In this document: positions 49,841 through 59,881 of the stretch, piece by piece
Position numbering within the stretch: the first letter of the stretch is position 1
Layout: every line of letters starts with the position of its first letter
Assembly (NCBI GenBank): GCA_965232515.1
Contig: CBDDPY010000002.1
Coordinates: 1,024,001 to 1,088,000, forward strand
Direction of reading: 5' to 3'
Length of the DNA: 64,000 bases
Source of the DNA: Alphaproteobacteria bacterium
GTDB taxonomy: Bacteria > Pseudomonadota > Alphaproteobacteria > GCA-2731375
Notes under the pieces: model-generated
The model's input: only the letters and a program-made list of their open reading frames with translations
What the model was told of the DNA's origin: nothing
Databases searched by the model: none
Position numbers and translations under genes: made by a program

Positions 49841-50740
49841 CTACGGCGTTTCGGGCGGCGCCGGCTCGGCGAGAAAGTCTGCGACGGCCGTCACGACGTC
49901 CGGATCCAGCAGGATGCGATTGTGGCCGAGACCGTCGGTCAGATGCAGCCGGGCGTCCGGCCAGGCCTCGGCAATGGCCTTGCCGTCAGCGGACGGTACT
50001 TGCTGATCGCCACGGTCGTGCAGGACCAGAGCTGGGATCGTCATCGTCGCCGCGAGGCGGGGACCGTCGAGACGGTCGAAGGGCACGCCTGCCCGACGCT
50101 GAACCTCGTGGAGCATGGCCCGGCGTCCGCCCATGGCGAGGCCGAGCATGTCGGCGACGCCGCGCACGAACACCTCGGCCCGCGCGGGCGGCGCGACCAG
50201 CGCCACCCGACCCACATCCAAGCCGTCCGACAGGGCGAGGACGGTGGCCGCCGAACCGACGGAATGGGCAATCACGCCATGCACGGGGCCGACCGCCTCG
50301 GCCACCGCGGCCACGGCATGCCCCATCTCGGGAATGGTCACCTGACGCCCGGCCGAGGCGCCATGGGCCGGCAGATCCACGGCGACCACCCGGAAACCAT
50401 GGGCCAGCAGCGGCGCGACAAACGCCCCGAACTGGCGGTGATCGCCCTCCCAGCCATGTACTGCCAGTACAACGGGTCCCTGGCCCCAGGCGCGGACGGA
50501 AAGGCCTGGCCAGCCCGGCACGGCAACCGACGTCGCCTCCGCATCAGGCTCGACCAGATGGCGCTCAGCCGGCCGGCGCCGAGGCGTCAGGAAAAGTTCG
50601 GCCGACCAGCGCCCCATTCGACCCGGCGCGACCGCCGAGGCCGCGAACATGAGTGCTCTGATCGCATGAAGTTTCACTGTGGTTGGCCGAACGTTCGTGC
50701 TTTTATGATTGGCGGGCGTGGCGTATTGAGCAATTGCCAT
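49841..50740 (-). CDS. Alpha/beta hydrolase
   Basis: HGWEG, DLPAHGAS, AHSVG nucleophile motif, HDRGD, GLGH; GGAG RBS before ATG 50740. Confidence 0.9.
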   Translation of the reverse strand: MAIAQYATPANHKSTNVRPTTVKLHAIRALMFAASAVAPGRMGRWSAELFLTPRRRPAERHLVEPDAEATSVAVPGWPGLSVRAWGQGPVVLAVHGWEGDHRQFGAFVAPLLAHGFRVVAVDLPAHGASAGRQVTIPEMGHAVAAVAEAVGPVHGVIAHSVGSAATVLALSDGLDVGRVALVAPPARAEVFVRGVADMLGLAMGGRRAMLHEVQRRAGVPFDRLDGPRLAATMTIPALVLHDRGDQQVPSADGKAIAEAWPDARLHLTDGLGHNRILLDPDVVTAVADFLAEPAPPETP

Positions 50741-50760
50741 GTCGTCTCCAAGAAAGGCGC

Positions 50761-51348
50761 TTAAGCAGTTGATTGCGCGATCAGGGTCTCGAAGGCGAGG
50801 CCGGCGCGTTGGCCGGCTTTGGGATCGCGCAGCATCCGATTGGCGAAGTTGTAGCCCAGCAGAATGGAATGGAAGGCAAAGGCGAACTGCGCCGTGTCGA
50901 GATCGGGCTTGAAGTCGCCCTGGCGCACGGCCTTGTCGGCGATGCGGGCGATCAGATCCAGCCACTCGTTCTGTTGTTCGCACAGATAGTCGCGCAGCGG
51001 TCCGGGCTGATCGTCGAGCTCGGCGCTCGATGCCTGCAGCGGACAGCCGGCCGGCTGATCCTTGCCGGCCCAACTGAGATAGTTTTCGAAAAGCTTTCGC
51101 AGTCGCGCGATACCATCGCCCGGTGTCAGCGCGCTGGCGACCACGCGCTCGGTGAACCTGTGCACCATTTGCTCGAGCACGGCCTGCTGCAGCGCCTGCT
51201 TCGAGCCGAAATGGGCGAAGAGGCCGCTCTTCGACAATCCCGTGGTCTTCGCCAGCTCGCCGATGCTGAGCGCCGCCAGTCCCTCGACGGATGCCAGCGC
51301 CAGCGCCTGGTCGACGATCATAAAGCGTGTCTGTTCGCCCTTGCCCAT
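50761..51348 (-). CDS. TetR family transcriptional regulator
   Basis: GLAALSIGELAKTTGLSKSGLFAHFGSKQAL HTH; GCP motif. Confidence 0.93.
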   Translation of the reverse strand: MGKGEQTRFMIVDQALALASVEGLAALSIGELAKTTGLSKSGLFAHFGSKQALQQAVLEQMVHRFTERVVASALTPGDGIARLRKLFENYLSWAGKDQPAGCPLQASSAELDDQPGPLRDYLCEQQNEWLDLIARIADKAVRQGDFKPDLDTAQFAFAFHSILLGYNFANRMLRDPKAGQRAGLAFETLIAQSTA

Positions 51349-51353
51349 ATCGA

Positions 51354-51383
51354 CAAAATAAGGACGATCGTTCTATTTTGCAA
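51354..51383 (-). promoter_or_regulatory. TetR operator palindrome overlapping a sigma70-like promoter
   Basis: Minus strand TTGCAA-17nt-TATTTT-6nt-ATG, containing the dyad CAAAATAGAACGATCGTCCTTATTTTG. Confidence 0.7.
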
Positions 51384-54300
51384 GTCGTTCGACGGCGAAT
51401 GGCGAGATATCGATGCTGCTTTGACCCGTCCGGATCAACTCGGCGATGATGCGGCCGAATAGGGGCCCCATGGTGTAGCCGTTGGCGCCGACGGCATTGA
51501 AGAAACCGGGATATCCCGGCATCTCGCCAATGACCGGCGCGCCGTCAATCATCACGCCCACAGCGGCCCAACTGCGGATGATGTTGAGACCGCCAACCGC
51601 CGGCAGCACCCGGCAGGCCGCCCATAGATTGCCTTCCAGGCTTTCCCGAAGCGTCTTGGGCCAACCCAGGACTGAATCGTAGTCGGCGAACCAGCCGCCG
51701 CCGATGATCAGGTTGCCGTTCGCCGCCTGCTTCATCGTCAGATGCCGTCCGGCGAGCGCCAGCAGCTGCTCGACCATGGGCGCGGCGGGCTCGGTCACGA
51801 TCATCTGCTGCGGCGCGCTTCTGACCGGCAGATCGATCCCTAAATGGGCCGCGATCTCAGCGCTCCAGCCGCCGGCCGCGTTGACCACCCGGTTGGCCCT
51901 AACGCGGCCGCGGCTAGTGCCAACATGATAGCGGCCGTCCTCATGGGTCAGCTCGCAAACTTCGGTCTGAGGACGAAATCGCGCGCCCGCTGCCAAAGCG
52001 GCGTCTAGCAGGGCGGGCGTCGCCAACAGCGGGTTGATCTTGCCTTCGCCGGGGCAGAGCGCACCGCCGACCATCCGCTCCGAGATCAGCGGCACCCGTG
52101 CGCGCAGCTCGGATTGCGACAGTAGTCCCGTCTCGATTCCATAGCGGCGTTCGACGGCCGCCTTTCGTTCCAGAAATGCGAGTCCTTCCGCGTCTTCCGC
52201 GACCATAAGCCCGCCGGTGATCTTCAGCTCGAAGTCGGCCGCCAGCTCGCGCTCGAGCGCCTGCCACTCGGCGATGCCGTCGCGCTGCAGCGGCAGGGTT
52301 CGGATCGCCGGCGAGGTGTCGTCGCCGGCGTTGAAATCGAACGACAGGAGCTGCAGATGCAGACTGCCCGCGTTGCCGCCCGATGCCTGACCGTTCGCCT
52401 GACCACGATCGACGATCAAGGTGTCGATGCCTTCTTTCGCCAGGCAATAGGCAGCACTGATCCCGATGACACCTGCGCCGATCACCAGGACATCGGTATC
52501 GGCAAAATCCTCTTCGGCCACCGATTTGCGTTCGATGGCCGATGGCACGGCGACCGGACGATAGCCGCCCCATTCCGGTTTCTCGGCCGCGAGCGCCGCC
52601 GATGGTATCGGCTTCAGCGGTCCTTTCGGCGCGGGCACATCGACAGCCGAGGTCGGCGCATCGGCCACCCCTTCGACCAGCGCCGCCAGCAGCGGCAGGC
52701 AATAACGTCCCTGACATCGGCCCATGCCAGCCCGGGTCATCCGTTTCAATGCACCCAGATCGGTCGCGCCTGCGGTCACCCTATCCTCGAGCATGCCCCG
52801 CGTCAGGTTCTCGCAACGGCAGAGGATCGTGTCCGCATCGGCGAAGGCAAGGGTTGTCGGCGACGCCGCGAACAGCGACCAGAGCGACCGCTGAAAAGCC
52901 AGATGCCGGTCGCGCAAGCGCCGTTCGTCGCGGTCGGAACCAGCCGGCCAGCCGAGTTCACCCAAAATCGCCTTGGCGGCAAGGCGACCCTCGGCGCGCG
53001 CGACCTGGGCCCCGTTCGTGACGCCGCCGTCGCCAGCCAGGAACAAGCCAGGCACACTGGTCCGGCCATCATCGTCCCGCCGTGGCGTCAACCAGTCCGA
53101 TCGCCGTTTGTCGAAAGCACAGCCCAGGAGCCGGGCGAGTTCATTGCTCGGCTGAAATCCATACCCGATGCAGACGGTATCGACGGCATAGCTCAGTCTT
53201 CGGTCATCGCGCGGCCGACCTGCGGCATCGATGCCGGCGAGCTCGGCTGATCGGACACGCTCGCCGCCGTCTGCACGGACGATATGGTGGCCGAAGTAAA
53301 GCGGTACGCCGTGCCGGCGGAGCGTTCGCAGATAGCTGAGCCCCTGGCGCATCAGTCCGGGCGCTCGCCGGAAGCCGTCGAACCCCGCGCGCCAGCGGCG
53401 TGGAAACGGATGCGGCGCGGCCTCCGCCACGGCGACCACGTCGACACCGCCGGCCAACAGCTCACAGGCAAGCTGCAGGTTGAGCGGGCCGTTGCCGGCG
53501 ATCAGAACCCGATCGCTCGGCCCAACGCGATAGGACCGCGCGAGGCTTTGTGCCGCACCCGTCGTCATGACGCCCGGCAACGTCCAGCCGGGAAACGGCA
53601 GGCCGAATTCATAAGCGCCGGTAGCCAGCAGCACGTATCGCGACCGGAAAACGCGCGACGCGCCGTCCTGCACGACACCGACCTCGAAGCCGTCGTCGGT
53701 GCACGCCGCGTTCCAGACCACGGCGCCCTGCAGGCGCTGCACCGACGGTCCGGCGGCCTGGTCGATGAGTGTCCGCCCGTCGGCATATTGCCGGTCGGCG
53801 CTATCGCCGCCGGCGGCGACATAAGACGACGCGAGTTGCTTGTAGAACTGGCCCCCAGGCGACGGCCGCTCGTCGACAAGGACGACCGCAACATCGGAAT
53901 CGCCCAGCAATGCGGCGGCCGCAAGCCCGGCCGGGCCGGCGCCAACGATCAGGACGTCGCAGTCTCCGTCGTCCAAATGCGACGCTGTTTTTTCCGGCAC
54001 GTCCGGCACGGCAGTGCGGTAGTCCTGCGTACCGACCCGCATGCCATCGCGCGCCTCCGTCAGGCAGGCGCGCTGGGCCGAGCCGCCGTCGATCGACACC
54101 ATGCAATCGAAACAGACGCCCATGCCGCAGAACAGGCCGCGGGGCCGGCCGTCGCGATCGCGCCGCAGTGTCAGCTTGCCCGCCGCCGTCATGGCCGCGG
54201 CGATCGACTCGCCGGCAAGCGCCGGCACATCCTCGCCGTCGACGGAGATCGTGATCGGCGCGCCGCGCTGACGGAAGCGGTCGCCCGTCAGACGGGGCAT
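51373..54300 (-). CDS. Fused 2Fe-2S / FAD-BFD / DAO oxidoreductase (opine or D-hydroxyproline dehydrogenase gamma-alpha-beta, HcnABC-like architecture)
   Basis: FCGMGVCFDC...AC; IVGAGPAG, ATGA, CRCE...GMGRCQGRYC; then VIGAGVIG, ASGGNAG, all in one frame. Start set at ATG 54300. Confidence 0.88.
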   Translation of the reverse strand: MPRLTGDRFRQRGAPITISVDGEDVPALAGESIAAAMTAAGKLTLRRDRDGRPRGLFCGMGVCFDCMVSIDGGSAQRACLTEARDGMRVGTQDYRTAVPDVPEKTASHLDDGDCDVLIVGAGPAGLAAAALLGDSDVAVVLVDERPSPGGQFYKQLASSYVAAGGDSADRQYADGRTLIDQAAGPSVQRLQGAVVWNAACTDDGFEVGVVQDGASRVFRSRYVLLATGAYEFGLPFPGWTLPGVMTTGAAQSLARSYRVGPSDRVLIAGNGPLNLQLACELLAGGVDVVAVAEAAPHPFPRRWRAGFDGFRRAPGLMRQGLSYLRTLRRHGVPLYFGHHIVRADGGERVRSAELAGIDAAGRPRDDRRLSYAVDTVCIGYGFQPSNELARLLGCAFDKRRSDWLTPRRDDDGRTSVPGLFLAGDGGVTNGAQVARAEGRLAAKAILGELGWPAGSDRDERRLRDRHLAFQRSLWSLFAASPTTLAFADADTILCRCENLTRGMLEDRVTAGATDLGALKRMTRAGMGRCQGRYCLPLLAALVEGVADAPTSAVDVPAPKGPLKPIPSAALAAEKPEWGGYRPVAVPSAIERKSVAEEDFADTDVLVIGAGVIGISAAYCLAKEGIDTLIVDRGQANGQASGGNAGSLHLQLLSFDFNAGDDTSPAIRTLPLQRDGIAEWQALERELAADFELKITGGLMVAEDAEGLAFLERKAAVERRYGIETGLLSQSELRARVPLISERMVGGALCPGEGKINPLLATPALLDAALAAGARFRPQTEVCELTHEDGRYHVGTSRGRVRANRVVNAAGGWSAEIAAHLGIDLPVRSAPQQMIVTEPAAPMVEQLLALAGRHLTMKQAANGNLIIGGGWFADYDSVLGWPKTLRESLEGNLWAACRVLPAVGGLNIIRSWAAVGVMIDGAPVIGEMPGYPGFFNAVGANGYTMGPLFGRIIAELIRTGQSSIDISPFAVERLAK

Positions 54301-54302
54301 GC

Positions 54303-55190
54303 TCAGGTAACCGTCAGGCTCAGCTCTCGCACCGTGCGCACCGCCCAATCCCGCTCGGCCGCGTTCGCGGGCAGCCGGGGCGGGCGGGGCGGCCCGACCG
54401 GCAGTCCCATTTCGGTGAGCGCCGCCTTGGTTGCCGTGACATAGCGATGCTGACCGACCAGTTCGATCACCGGCAAGATCTCGTGGTAGAGCGCGCGGGC
54501 GGCCGGCACGTCGGCCTTTTCCACGCACAGGCGGTAGAGGTCGGCGAAGGCGCGCGGCGCGACATTGGAGCCGACGGCCACCCAGCCCAGCGCGCCGTTC
54601 AAGAAGGATTCGTAGCCCATGATGCCGCCGAAGACGGTCATCCGGCCGTCGCTGAGGCGCAGAATGTCGCGCACCCGCGTCACGTCCATGGTCGATTCCT
54701 TGATGTAGGAAACGTTCTCGATCTCGGACAGGCGCGCGATCAGCGGCGGCCGCATGTCGACATTGGCCGTCGCCGGATTGTTGTAAAGCATGACCGGAAT
54801 GCCGATGGCGTCGGCGACTGTCTTGTAGTGGTGATACAGCTCGTCGTCGGTCGGCGTGCTGTAGAACGGCGGCACGATCATCACGCCGTCGGCGCCGAGG
54901 CGTTCGGCCTCTTGACTGTAGCGGACGACGTCGAGCGTGTTCTCTGCCGCGGTGCCGACGAAGACCGGCACGCGGCCGTCGGCCCGGCGGATCACGATCT
55001 CGGCCACCCGTCCGCGCTCGTCGTCGGTGAGCGACAGGAACTCGCCGGTGCTGCCGTTCGGCACCAGGCCATGGATACCCTCGTCGATCTGCCAGTCGAC
55101 CAATCGCTTCAGCGCGTCCTCGTTGACGGCGCCGCCATCGGCGTCGAAGGGCGTGATCATAACCGTGAATGTACCTTGATATATGCGCAT
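54303..55190 (-). CDS. DHDPS/NAL-family lyase or deaminase (not DapA)
   Basis: GSTGE, LYNNP, IKES (Schiff-base Lys); lacks the DapA YNVPxR arginine. Confidence 0.88.
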   Translation of the reverse strand: MRIYQGTFTVMITPFDADGGAVNEDALKRLVDWQIDEGIHGLVPNGSTGEFLSLTDDERGRVAEIVIRRADGRVPVFVGTAAENTLDVVRYSQEAERLGADGVMIVPPFYSTPTDDELYHHYKTVADAIGIPVMLYNNPATANVDMRPPLIARLSEIENVSYIKESTMDVTRVRDILRLSDGRMTVFGGIMGYESFLNGALGWVAVGSNVAPRAFADLYRLCVEKADVPAARALYHEILPVIELVGQHRYVTATKAALTEMGLPVGPPRPPRLPANAAERDWAVRTVRELSLTVT

Positions 55191-55201
55191 GACCGGACTG
55201 T

Positions 55202-56479
55202 TCAGTTGATGAGGTTGCGGGGGAGGAACATGACGATGTCGGGCACGTAGGTCGCCAGCAATAGGCAAGCCAGCATGAACAGGAACGGCAGGCTGATCTT
55301 GGAGGCGACCTGCATGATGCTGCGGCCGGCGATGCTGCTGGCGACGAACAGCGTGATGCCGTAGGGCGGCGTGATCATGCCGATCGACAGGTTGATGACG
55401 ACGACGACGCCAAAATGCAGCGGATCGATGCCGAAGTCCCGGGCGATCGGCATCAGGACCGGCACCAGGATCAGGATCGCCGAGATGCTTTCCATGAACA
55501 TGCCGATGCAGATCAGCAGCAGATTGACCAGCGCCAGGAAGACCCAGGGATTGTCGGAGAGCGACTTGATCTGTGCGGCGATCGCGGCCGGCACGTTCTG
55601 GGACGAAATCAGCCAGGAAAACACACTGGCCGTGGCGATGATCATCATCACGGCGGCCGAGATCGCGGCGGCGCGCAGGATCAGATCCGGCAGTTCGGCA
55701 AACGTCAGCTCGCGGTAGACGAACAGCGCGATGACCAGGCCGGTGAAGACGGCGACCGACGCGGCCTCGGTCGGTGTGAACACGCCGCCGACGATGCCGC
55801 CGACGATGATCACCGGCATGACGAAGGCGGGACCGGCGCTGATGAAGGTGCCGACCAGGCGGCGAAACGTAAACGGCCGGGCGTCGCGATAGGCGTCGCC
55901 GCCGCGCCGGGCATGCAGATAGCTCGCCAGCATCAGGCCGACCATCATGATCAGGCCGGGCACGATGCCGCCCAGGAACATGCCGCCGACCGACAGATTA
56001 GAGATGGTCGCCAGCACCACCATCATGATGCTGGGCGGGATCACCGGCCCCAACGTGCCGGCGGCGGCCATAATCCCGGCCGCAAAATCGATGTCATAGC
56101 CGCGCTTCTTGACCTCGGGCAGCATGATCGAGGAGGTGGCCGCGGTATCGGCCGAGCCGGAACCGGAAATCGCGGCGAGCCCGGTGCCGGCGACGACGGC
56201 CACCATCAGCAGGCTGCCGGTGATCCAGCCGACAAGCGCGGTCGCGAAGTCGATGATGCGCTGGGCGATACCGCCCCGCTCCATGATCAGGCCGGCCAGC
56301 ACGAAGAACGGGATCGCCATGATCGTGAAGGAGTCGAGCCCCGCATAAATGCGCTGCGCGACGATGCTGATCGGCACGCCGCCGAGCTCAAGCGTCAGCG
56401 CCGCGGAGACACCGAGCGCGAAGACGATCGGGGTGCCGATCAGGATCAGAACGAGAAAGGCGATGATCGTGACCGTCAC
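55202..56479 (-). CDS. dctM: TRAP transporter large permease
   Basis: AIPFFVLAG, ISGSGSAD, IPPS, FTPTEA, GMITPPYG; GTGA overlap with dctQ. Confidence 0.92.
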   Translation of the reverse strand: MTVTIIAFLVLILIGTPIVFALGVSAALTLELGGVPISIVAQRIYAGLDSFTIMAIPFFVLAGLIMERGGIAQRIIDFATALVGWITGSLLMVAVVAGTGLAAISGSGSADTAATSSIMLPEVKKRGYDIDFAAGIMAAAGTLGPVIPPSIMMVVLATISNLSVGGMFLGGIVPGLIMMVGLMLASYLHARRGGDAYRDARPFTFRRLVGTFISAGPAFVMPVIIVGGIVGGVFTPTEAASVAVFTGLVIALFVYRELTFAELPDLILRAAAISAAVMMIIATASVFSWLISSQNVPAAIAAQIKSLSDNPWVFLALVNLLLICIGMFMESISAILILVPVLMPIARDFGIDPLHFGVVVVINLSIGMITPPYGITLFVASSIAGRSIMQVASKISLPFLFMLACLLLATYVPDIVMFLPRNLIN

Positions 56480-57024
56480 GACGACGTCTCCACCGCCGGC
56501 GTGACCCGCGGCCGCGGATCGCGCCAGCGTCTGAGCAAGGCCAAGATCAGCTCGAAAGCAAAATAAGTCAGGCCGATCGGTAGCGACAGGTAGGGCAGCC
56601 ACATGGGAATGCCGAGGGCAGGCGAGGTCTGGATCTGGCCGATCCGGATCAACCCGAAGCTGCCGACGACGGCGCGCCAGAGGAACCACAGGCAAATCGC
56701 GCCGATCACCAGGGTCAGCAGGCGCAACATCGGGATCGGCAAGCGCTGGGCCAGTATGTCAACGCCGACATGCAGATTGCGCCGCATGGCGATGCCGGCG
56801 CCCAGCAGCACCATCCAGATCTGCGCGAAAGTCGCTGTCTCCGACGCCCAGCCGATCGAATAGTTGAAGACGTAGCGCCCCAAGACCTGGATCAGCACGG
56901 CGACCGCCATGTAGCCGTAGAACAGGATAACGGCCCAGGTGACAATGCCACGCAACGCGGCGGTCAGCGTTCCACAGATCCGGATAACGCTATCCAGCAT
57001 GCGTGGCGTCCGTTCCGTATCCAA
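56476..57024 (-). CDS. dctQ: TRAP transporter small permease
   Basis: Four TMs; QVLGRYVFN, WASE, HVGVD, SPAL. Start may be ATG 57000. Confidence 0.9.
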   Translation of the reverse strand: MDTERTPRMLDSVIRICGTLTAALRGIVTWAVILFYGYMAVAVLIQVLGRYVFNYSIGWASETATFAQIWMVLLGAGIAMRRNLHVGVDILAQRLPIPMLRLLTLVIGAICLWFLWRAVVGSFGLIRIGQIQTSPALGIPMWLPYLSLPIGLTYFAFELILALLRRWRDPRPRVTPAVETSS

Positions 57025-57095
57025 CCCGTCCGTATCAAAGCGACAGGGCGCGCCCGCCCCAGGGAGCGGACGGGCGCGCCAAACCGCCCACGCAG

Positions 57096-58064
57096 CTACT
57101 GCGTTGCGAGGATCATCTCCAGCAGCTTGCGGTCGGCATCTGTTTTGACGAAATCGTCATAGACTTTTTGTGACGCCTGCCGGAACGGACCGGGATCGGG
57201 ACGCGTGACCTTGACGCCCTTGTCCTTCAGCGACGCCAGCAGGCTGTTGTCGCTGTCTGCATAGGCCTTGCGCTCGACGGCGGCCGACGCCAGGCCGGCC
57301 TCGACCAGCACCTGCTGCACGTCGGCCGGCAGCGACTGGAACTTGGTCTCCGACATGATCAGATCGGCCACAAGCGCCGTCCAGCCGACCTGCGCCCAGT
57401 AGGGCGCCACCTCGTAGAACTTCTTCGAGTTGTAATTGGTGTTGGCGGCCTCGGCGCCGTCGACCAGGCCGGACTGCAACGCGCCGTACAGCTCGCTGTA
57501 GGCAAGCGGTGTGGCGTTCGCGCCGAATGCATTGAACGACGCCACATGGGCCGGCACCTGCATGGTGCGGATCTTCAGGCCTTCCAGGTCGTCATAGGAA
57601 TTGATCGGCTGGCTGCGGGTCATGATGTGCCGGATGCCGGCCTCGTAGAAGCCGAGCAGGCGGAAGCCCTTTTCCTGCATCGCCGCGTTCAGCTCCTGGC
57701 CGACTGGCCCGTCCATGACCTTGTACATGTGCGCGCGGTCGCGGAACAGGAACGGCAGATCAAAGATGCCGAGCTTGGGCACGAAGTTGGTGACCACGCC
57801 GTTCGACGGCACGGTGATGTCGAGCGTGCCGAGCAGCAAGCCCTCGATCATCTCCTTTTCGTTGCCGAGCTGGTTGTTGGGGAATATCTGAACCTCGACC
57901 TTGCCCCCGGTCTTTTCCTTGACGATACGGGCAAACTCCATCAGGCCGATATGATAGGGCTCGTCGGGATTTGCCGAGTGCCCCGCCTTCAACACGATCG
58001 TGTCGGCGGCCGCGGTCGCGACCATGGACAACGACAGCAACATACCCAGCAGCAATTTTTTCAT
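57096..58064 (-). CDS. dctP: TRAP transporter substrate-binding protein
   Basis: Signal peptide; FPNNQLG, DLPFLF, GLKIR (carboxylate-binding Arg), ELYGALQSGLVDG. Confidence 0.93.
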   Translation of the reverse strand: MKKLLLGMLLSLSMVATAAADTIVLKAGHSANPDEPYHIGLMEFARIVKEKTGGKVEVQIFPNNQLGNEKEMIEGLLLGTLDITVPSNGVVTNFVPKLGIFDLPFLFRDRAHMYKVMDGPVGQELNAAMQEKGFRLLGFYEAGIRHIMTRSQPINSYDDLEGLKIRTMQVPAHVASFNAFGANATPLAYSELYGALQSGLVDGAEAANTNYNSKKFYEVAPYWAQVGWTALVADLIMSETKFQSLPADVQQVLVEAGLASAAVERKAYADSDNSLLASLKDKGVKVTRPDPGPFRQASQKVYDDFVKTDADRKLLEMILATQ

Positions 58065-58126
58065 TTTGGCCTCCATCCAGAAGTCGAGCGCCTCCTCAAC
58101 CCATTGCCGGATTGCACGGCAATTTT

Positions 58127-58147
58127 TGGTATACCACTTGTATACCA
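58127..58147. promoter_or_regulatory. Tandem GntR/FadR-type operators upstream of dctP
   Basis: Perfect palindrome TGGTATACCA (58127-58136) plus TTGTATACCA (58138-58147). Confidence 0.8.
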
Positions 58148-58185
58148 TAGCCGTATCGATCTGGCTACGCCGCCGCCCGGCAGCC

Positions 58186-58842
58186 CTAAAGGTTGTCCAA
58201 AACCCCGGCCCGAACCTGTTCCAGATGCTTGGCCATGGCCTTCCGGGCGCGGGCCGGTTTGCCGCTTTCCAGCGCCGTCAGGATAGCCTCATGCTCGGCG
58301 ATCCCCGGACGCAAGCGCTGCGGCACGGTCTGGGATTCGAACAAACGGGTGATGTTGCGCAAGCTGCGGATAATGCGCGCCGCCACGGCATTGCCGCCGG
58401 CATCAGCGATGCCATTGTGCAGAGCGTCATCGAAGGCCCAGTGGGCCTCGTTCGTCGGCTTCGCGTCCGCCTTCAGCTTCTCGAGCATCCGCCGCAGCTC
58501 GGCCAAGAGCTCCGGCGCCAGGTTGCCGCTGGCCGCTTCGATGGCGTCGCATTCCAAAAGCTGCCGAACGCTCAGGGCCTGAAGATACTCCTCCAGCGTC
58601 ACCACCTTCACCGACAGCAGCCGCTCGGTCAGACGTACGAGCCAGCCCTCACCCTCCAGCCGAACCAGGGCTTCACGCGTCGGCGTTCGCGATATGCCGA
58701 GCGCATCGGCCAGCTTGCGCTCCTGGATAACCGTCCCGCCCGGTAGTTCGCGCGACAGGATCATTCTGAACACGGAATCGTAGGCGACCTCGGCGAGGCT
58801 GTTGCGCTCCTTCTGCTGCCCCTTTGTCGCCTGCCGCGTCAT
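58186..58842 (-). CDS. GntR (FadR/FCD) family regulator
   Basis: ERKLADALGISRTPTREALVRLEGEG; FCD residues DDALH, GN, EH. Confidence 0.92.
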   Translation of the reverse strand: MTRQATKGQQKERNSLAEVAYDSVFRMILSRELPGGTVIQERKLADALGISRTPTREALVRLEGEGWLVRLTERLLSVKVVTLEEYLQALSVRQLLECDAIEAASGNLAPELLAELRRMLEKLKADAKPTNEAHWAFDDALHNGIADAGGNAVAARIIRSLRNITRLFESQTVPQRLRPGIAEHEAILTALESGKPARARKAMAKHLEQVRAGVLDNL

Positions 58843-58851
58843 CTCGCCGCC

Positions 58852-59796
58852 TTATTGGCCGCCCTCGCCGGCCGCATGCGGCTTCAGCACGGCGTAAATG
58901 ATCCGATTGATGGGCGTCGGCACGCCAAGCTCTTCGCCCAGCCGGCAGACCGTGCCAGCCACCCATTCGACCTCCAACGGCCGGCCGTGCTCAAGATCGA
59001 CCAGCATCGAGGCCTTCACGTCCGGCAGCCAACTGTCGAATTGCCGGAAGATGGTATCGACGATATCGGGCGCCAGGAAGACACCCTTGGCCCGGCCAAC
59101 GGCGGCGACCTCGTGCATGCAGTCGCTGGCGAGCCCTCGCAGGTGCGGCTGCCCGTAGACGACGCCGACCGGCTTGCGCGCAAGGCAGGTGAGGCCGGCA
59201 TTACAGGCGAACAGCACGAACTTGCTCCAAAGCACGCGCTCGATCCCGGGGCTGACCTGCACGCCCAGGCCGGCCTGTTCGCAGGCCCGCTCGAAACGTT
59301 CGACGCGTGGGCTGACCGCGCCATCGCGCTCGCCGAATATCATGGCCGGCCCGTCGCCTTCGGCATAGCGAATGACGCCGGGATCAATGCGCGTGCCGGA
59401 GACGTAGGTCACCCCTGGCACCACGTGTTCCGCACCGACGATCGCGCCCAGAAGGTCGGGCGCCTCGACGCCGTTCTGCAGCGTGATCACCATGGTGTCA
59501 TCACCGACCAGCGGACGTATGGCGTCCCCGGCCGCCTGCAGGTCATAGAGCTTGACGCAAAACAGGACCACATCGACCGGACCGACAGAGGCTGGGTCGT
59601 CCGTTGCCTGCGCGGGCTGCACCGACAGATCGCCCGACGGCCCGGTCAGCTTGAGACCATTCTGACGAATTTCGTCGAGGTGTTCGCCTCGGGCGATAAA
59701 GGTCACTTCCTCGCCAGATATCGCCAGCTTGCCGCCGTAGTAGCCGCCGACGCCGCCAGTCCCCATCACTGCAATTCTCATCTCGGAACGCCCCAT
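58852..59796 (-). CDS. Ketopantoate reductase (PanE/ApbA) family reductase
   Basis: GTGGVGG, ARG, VKLY, QNG, WSK, SMLVD, E motif. Start may be 59781. Confidence 0.88.
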   Translation of the reverse strand: MGRSEMRIAVMGTGGVGGYYGGKLAISGEEVTFIARGEHLDEIRQNGLKLTGPSGDLSVQPAQATDDPASVGPVDVVLFCVKLYDLQAAGDAIRPLVGDDTMVITLQNGVEAPDLLGAIVGAEHVVPGVTYVSGTRIDPGVIRYAEGDGPAMIFGERDGAVSPRVERFERACEQAGLGVQVSPGIERVLWSKFVLFACNAGLTCLARKPVGVVYGQPHLRGLASDCMHEVAAVGRAKGVFLAPDIVDTIFRQFDSWLPDVKASMLVDLEHGRPLEVEWVAGTVCRLGEELGVPTPINRIIYAVLKPHAAGEGGQ

Positions 59797-59881
59797 GCCG
59801 CCGAGACGCCAAACCTGACGTCATTTCGGCGCGGATACTAGCGCGATTCGTCCTAACGCCTGATTGCCGTTCGGCCCCTAT

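Noticed and set aside
51373-54300. Calling the fused protein hydrogen cyanide synthase or sarcosine oxidase
   Set aside because: The architecture is shared by several families. The catabolic context (TRAP, DHDPS-like) and absence of SoxD/SoxG or a folate-binding domain argue against these names.
54303-55190. dapA
   Set aside because: YNNPATA replaces YNVPxRT, and the gene lies in a catabolic operon.
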